Shown here: in pieces, positions 36,564 to 40,378 of the stretch
How the letters are laid out: each line of letters opens with the position of its first letter
Numbering within the stretch: the stretch's first letter is position 1
Notes under the pieces: model-generated
Databases searched by the model: none
The model's input: only the letters and a program-made list of their open reading frames with translations
What the model was told of the DNA's origin: nothing
Virus record (IMG/VR): IMGVR_UViG_3300020161_001615
Coordinates: 1-40,378 of that record
DNA: 40,378 nucleotides
Direction: 5' to 3' (one strand)
From: a virus
Lineage: Duplodnaviria; Caudoviricetes
Position numbers and translations under genes: made by a program

Positions 36564-38768
36564 TTAAAAATCTAACTTAATAGCGTATTGTTGGGTACCC
36601 TGTCTAAGGATTGGAGATTGTAATTTAGTAATTACCATTAACTCTTTATCTTCGTTAAACAATCCTATTTCGGTAACGTAATTAGTTGAACCTGTAATCC
36701 AAGTAGGATTACTAGTATTAGTAAATTGTGTTGATGCTAAGTTACATAAAAATTTCATTTCATAAATTGTCGCTTGGATATCCGTTTCAATGTTACCATA
36801 AAAATAATATTCGTCTCCAAAATTTAAAATGTTTTCCTCACCTGTCGGTTGAGGTATCGAAATATAGTTAGCCAAATTATATAAAGGAGAACCTGTATAC
36901 TGATTATGACTTATAACAAATGTGTTACCTGTCATACCTGATGCTGATATATACCCATTAACGGTTGATGCAGATAATTGATTTGTAAAATCAATAACTC
37001 TCCATTGACCTGGGTCAGGTTGTGTCGTTGAACCTGAAACCAACTGAGCCAAAACTTGGAATTGGGTTGCATTATACCCCATAAAACAACAGTCTTCTAA
37101 GAATGGGAACTCATCTCCAAATCTAATATTAACGTTTTGCCTATCTGAAGTACAACCTGTAAAAGGTCCTTGTATTTTAGAATAATAGTTACAATGTAAT
37201 GAATCCGTAAATGCCGTAGAATTAAACCTATAAGTTACGTACATATATTCATTTTCATTACCCATAACTCCATAATCATCATCAATATTGTCACACAAGT
37301 TAGGGGCTGATAAAGATAATCTAGGTGCAGATAATGTCCAGTTTCTATTTGATTTATAAGATAGAGCCGCAACTATTTCTTCATCGTCAAATATAATTTG
37401 TTTTAAATCAGGAAAAACTTTACCAACTCTACTAGGATATCCATTACTGTTTGGATGAGTATCATATAGAGTATAATATCTAAGTCCAGGGTTGTTCATA
37501 TCTGAATTTTTACTAGACTTCATATATTTTACTTGGAATAAATCTAAGTTTGGACTATCAAAACCTGGAGGGTCAACATAGAAAACTTCACCCATATTAC
37601 CTGTACTTGATTTATGCCACATTAACCAAGGGATAGTTACTTTGAAGTTTCTTGCGAATCCTGTTTGGTCAATTGCGTTTACATCATAAGGTTCTAACGC
37701 AAATTTTTCACCGTAGAAACTATCTACCGCATTGTTAGTGTAGTGGATAATTGAAACCGCTTTCTGTTCATTAGGTTGAACATATACAACATCGTCAAAT
37801 GAATTATAATAGAAAGTGTCACTTGTCTCAGCGGTCATCGTAGGATTAACCCAAAAAGTTTGACCTGAAACTTCTTGGTATCCAAAATATTCTTTACTAC
37901 CTAAGTATTCAACAGAACCAAATTTATTATAACCTTCATTTAATGATGACCATAATCCAGCAGGGTTAACTGACCAAGGAATATTCATATTCCAAACTTT
38001 TACATCAGTGTTACCTAAGTCACATATTGATTCAAAGTTAATAACATCAGGTGGCCAATATCCCATAGGTGTTGTGGTATCATATAACGCAGTCATACCT
38101 GAAGGATATATTAAAGCTCTTGCGTTTCCACAACAACTAGCACCACTAAAATTAGGAATATCCCTATCTAATTCAATTACATTACCATTAACATTTTGTA
38201 TTTTATAAGTTAAGATTGGGAAATTACCTACAATTTCATCACAACCACCATTACCATCAAATAAAAATGTTACAATATCTCCAACTTCAGGAGTACCTGT
38301 TGTAGAAGCACAAAATGCGGAAGATAACGTAACTAAATTACCGTTACATAAACATACATCAATAACATAATTAGCGTTCTTAGTATAGGCTGAATTAGTA
38401 ATCGCAGACCAACTATATGGGGTACCTGTAAAAAAACCTCTAGTTGCTGCAGTATTATATATTGGGGATACTACCGAATCTTGAATCGCAATTCCGTAAG
38501 TATTTCCTGAAGAACCTTTAACATAAAATGGGTATTTAATGTTCATTTTATTACTATTAGGTTCCTGACTACTATTTTGTGAATTGTATGCGGCTTCTAA
38601 AATAAAATTATTAGTCTGATTATAATTTGGTGCTGAATTATATGAAACTTCACTATCTCCAATTTGAAAGTATTTGATGTCAAATCTTCCTTGGGAAAGT
38701 CTCATTCTACCAGTATCTGTAATTCTAGTATTAAGTAATCCTGAAGTATTTTTTATTATATATGCCAT
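36564..38768 (-). CDS. Putative virion structural protein (tail/baseplate)
   Basis: ITDTGR near the N-terminus, YVTEIGLFNEDKELMVITKL near the C-terminus (tail-collar/baseplate-like); S/T/N/G-rich. Confidence 0.6.
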   Translation of the reverse strand: MAYIIKNTSGLLNTRITDTGRMRLSQGRFDIKYFQIGDSEVSYNSAPNYNQTNNFILEAAYNSQNSSQEPNSNKMNIKYPFYVKGSSGNTYGIAIQDSVVSPIYNTAATRGFFTGTPYSWSAITNSAYTKNANYVIDVCLCNGNLVTLSSAFCASTTGTPEVGDIVTFLFDGNGGCDEIVGNFPILTYKIQNVNGNVIELDRDIPNFSGASCCGNARALIYPSGMTALYDTTTPMGYWPPDVINFESICDLGNTDVKVWNMNIPWSVNPAGLWSSLNEGYNKFGSVEYLGSKEYFGYQEVSGQTFWVNPTMTAETSDTFYYNSFDDVVYVQPNEQKAVSIIHYTNNAVDSFYGEKFALEPYDVNAIDQTGFARNFKVTIPWLMWHKSSTGNMGEVFYVDPPGFDSPNLDLFQVKYMKSSKNSDMNNPGLRYYTLYDTHPNSNGYPSRVGKVFPDLKQIIFDDEEIVAALSYKSNRNWTLSAPRLSLSAPNLCDNIDDDYGVMGNENEYMYVTYRFNSTAFTDSLHCNYYSKIQGPFTGCTSDRQNVNIRFGDEFPFLEDCCFMGYNATQFQVLAQLVSGSTTQPDPGQWRVIDFTNQLSASTVNGYISASGMTGNTFVISHNQYTGSPLYNLANYISIPQPTGEENILNFGDEYYFYGNIETDIQATIYEMKFLCNLASTQFTNTSNPTWITGSTNYVTEIGLFNEDKELMVITKLQSPILRQGTQQYAIKLDF

Positions 38769-38772
38769 ATTG

Positions 38773-38780
38773 ATAAATAT
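38773..38780 (-). promoter_or_regulatory. ATATTTAT element
   Basis: 4 nt upstream of ATG 38768. Confidence 0.5.
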
Positions 38781-40111
38781 TAAGGTGTATAAATTTGTGT
38801 TTGGTTTCTAGTTATTCTGTTAGCAGTTATTTCACAACAATTACAACTACTACTCAAAATGTTTAAATTTATGCTTACCGCAGCGTCAGCATTAGTATAA
38901 CAAGGCAGAACTATTTGTCCACTAGTTTCTGTATTAATACCAATCTGAATAGTACCTGTCATAACATCTCCATAATTAAGGGTTACAGTGCCTGATTTAT
39001 AAATTGCAGTACCTGCTTGGGTAATATAGACAGGATTACAAGTATCAGGAATTGAATTAGTTAACGATAATGGTAATGTATTAGTAAGTGTTTGTGGTGT
39101 ACCGTTTAGAAGAAATGAATGGTTATTAACATCCCAAGCCACTGAACCAGGTCCTTTACCAATAACAGTATAGTCTAATTCAAATTCAGCGGTAACAGTA
39201 ACTCCTATAGGTAAAAAACCAAGCGTATTCCAATTATATTGGAATGAATAATATTTGTAGTTACCTGATGTACCGTCATAAGTAAAGTTTGTTGCGGCTA
39301 ATGGTATCGTATAATAGTTAATATTTGTACCACCTACTGTAACTGTTTGTGTTAATACATTATTATTACCATCTTTGTAATAAACAATATAGTTATTTGG
39401 TCCTAAACCTGTAAACCATCCGATAGGGTTATTAAAGTTGACACCATCTAATGAAAATGAGTATGGTGCAACTCCAAGAGTTACTGTTGCAGCAATTGTT
39501 CCGTTATTTTGAAAACAATCTGCAGGGGTTGAACTTAAAGTTAGAACAGTTTGAGAAGACGCAGGGATTGAAGCACAATCACCAACTTGGGCAACTATAT
39601 AAAAATCTACATAACCAGGGTTCCAAGAATACCAACCACTATCAGGTATATTATCAAAATCATTAGTTCTAAAATAACCCCCATATGGCGCATATCCTAA
39701 TAATTCCCAATATCCATTAGGGTTCCAAGATACATTCGCCGTGTTTCCTGTATAATACGGTTTTTGATTTACTAACGTACCTGAATCACAAACTTCGATT
39801 GATGTCACTAAACTTGTCTTACTATCTGATAAAGTAATACAAATACAAGTTAATGTTGGTGGTGTTGGTTCAACAACAAATGTCTCATAGGTTTGACAAG
39901 ATTGATTATATATTGTGATACCTGTTGTTGTGTTAGGTACCGCAACTTGAACCCCACTAAGACTAGTTAAACTTGTTAAAGTAATTCCTGTTGCAGGTAA
40001 TAATGACGGATATATATTAGCAATATTACCACTACCTATAATATCATAATATATGGTATATGGTCCTGTTGAGGTTCCTCCTGTTATTTTTATAGTATAA
40101 TAATTATCCAT
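38780..40111 (-). CDS. Beta-rich structural/fibre protein with SprB-like repeat
   Basis: TPADCFQNNGTIAATVTLGVAPYSFSLDG...FTGLGPNNYIVYYKDGN; T/G/N/C-rich. Confidence 0.65.
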   Translation of the reverse strand: MDNYYTIKITGGTSTGPYTIYYDIIGSGNIANIYPSLLPATGITLTSLTSLSGVQVAVPNTTTGITIYNQSCQTYETFVVEPTPPTLTCICITLSDSKTSLVTSIEVCDSGTLVNQKPYYTGNTANVSWNPNGYWELLGYAPYGGYFRTNDFDNIPDSGWYSWNPGYVDFYIVAQVGDCASIPASSQTVLTLSSTPADCFQNNGTIAATVTLGVAPYSFSLDGVNFNNPIGWFTGLGPNNYIVYYKDGNNNVLTQTVTVGGTNINYYTIPLAATNFTYDGTSGNYKYYSFQYNWNTLGFLPIGVTVTAEFELDYTVIGKGPGSVAWDVNNHSFLLNGTPQTLTNTLPLSLTNSIPDTCNPVYITQAGTAIYKSGTVTLNYGDVMTGTIQIGINTETSGQIVLPCYTNADAAVSINLNILSSSCNCCEITANRITRNQTQIYTP

Positions 40112-40378
40112 TACACCCTGATATGATTTCGATTGAATTTATTGTATTAATATTACCACTTGTTACCGTCAATGTATATGATATATCATTAGGTTGTGAA
40201 TTACTTGTCACAGTATTAGCATAAAAACCATTATCAACTATAAGTTCTGCAGTACTATAATATACACTACATCCACCAGTTGGTACTTGAGCCGAAATAT
40301 ATATATCTATAACATCTCCAACATTTATTGTGAAATTATTTCCATTAGTTGGTGCCCCACAAGGAGTACCACTATTGA
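40104..40378 (-). CDS. C-terminal part of a T/S/N-rich structural protein (5' end outside window)
   Basis: Open frame to the window edge ending ...TVTSGNINTINSIEIISGCNG-stop. Confidence 0.7.
   Translation of the reverse strand, partial: NSGTPCGAPTNGNNFTINVGDVIDIYISAQVPTGGCSVYYSTAELIVDNGFYANTVTSNSQPNDISYTLTVTSGNINTINSIEIISGCNG

Noticed and set aside
949-39666. Many short track ORFs antisense to or nested in long genes (e.g. 949..1137, 2203..2517, 14335..14697, 22891..23355, 33386..33637, 39451..39666)
   Set aside because: Shadow frames of well-supported genes; S/F/L-rich composition typical of the antisense of AT-rich coding DNA
1-40378. Stop-codon reassignment as in some large Bacteroidetes phages
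   Set aside because: Known genes are full length under the standard code, and TAG and TGA end genes cleanly
1-40378. Eukaryotic giant virus or eukaryote origin (SET, LRR, DnaJ, GSII, MGC start)
   Set aside because: Sigma factor, DnaG primase, PG-binding and amidase domains, intrinsic terminators and Bacteroidetes promoters indicate a bacteriophage
1-40378. tRNA, rRNA, introns, inteins, transposases
   Set aside because: Intergenic gaps are short, I saw no cloverleaf or mobile-element motifs, and conserved genes are uninterrupted; a covariance-model scan was not possible

Overview
A gene-dense, very AT-rich segment, mostly minus-strand, of a large (jumbo-type) tailed dsDNA phage genome, standard genetic code. 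The host is most likely a Bacteroidetes/Flavobacteriia member, based on TTTG-N19/21-TATCTTTG host promoters, no obvious Shine-Dalgarno sites, a Bacteroidetes-type primary sigma factor, a type II glutamine synthetase, an Hc1-like protein, a DUF6576 tail and a SprB-like repeat. Recognisable genes: primase, RuvC-like resolvase, PD-(D/E)xK nuclease, SbcD/SbcC, sigma factor, two orphan DNA methyltransferases, a class I SAM methyltransferase, DnaJ, thioredoxin, glutaredoxin, GSII, DUF932, a PcfJ-like protein, a lysis-like membrane cluster and tail/structural genes. The most interesting signals: (1) an ORF the ORF track missed (<1..2003) fusing a DHH/DHHA1 phosphoesterase, a SET lysine-methyltransferase domain and a third domain, joined by L/I-x-E linkers; (2) otherwise unrelated proteins sharing an L/I-x-E-rich N-terminal leader and an upstream ATATTTAT element, suggesting a late-expressed, head-packaged cargo system; (3) a SET domain co-occurring with a histone H1-like Hc1 protein; (4) a degenerate MetK-like protein; (5) three distinct promoter classes. 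All family calls are from motif recognition by eye; no searches were run.
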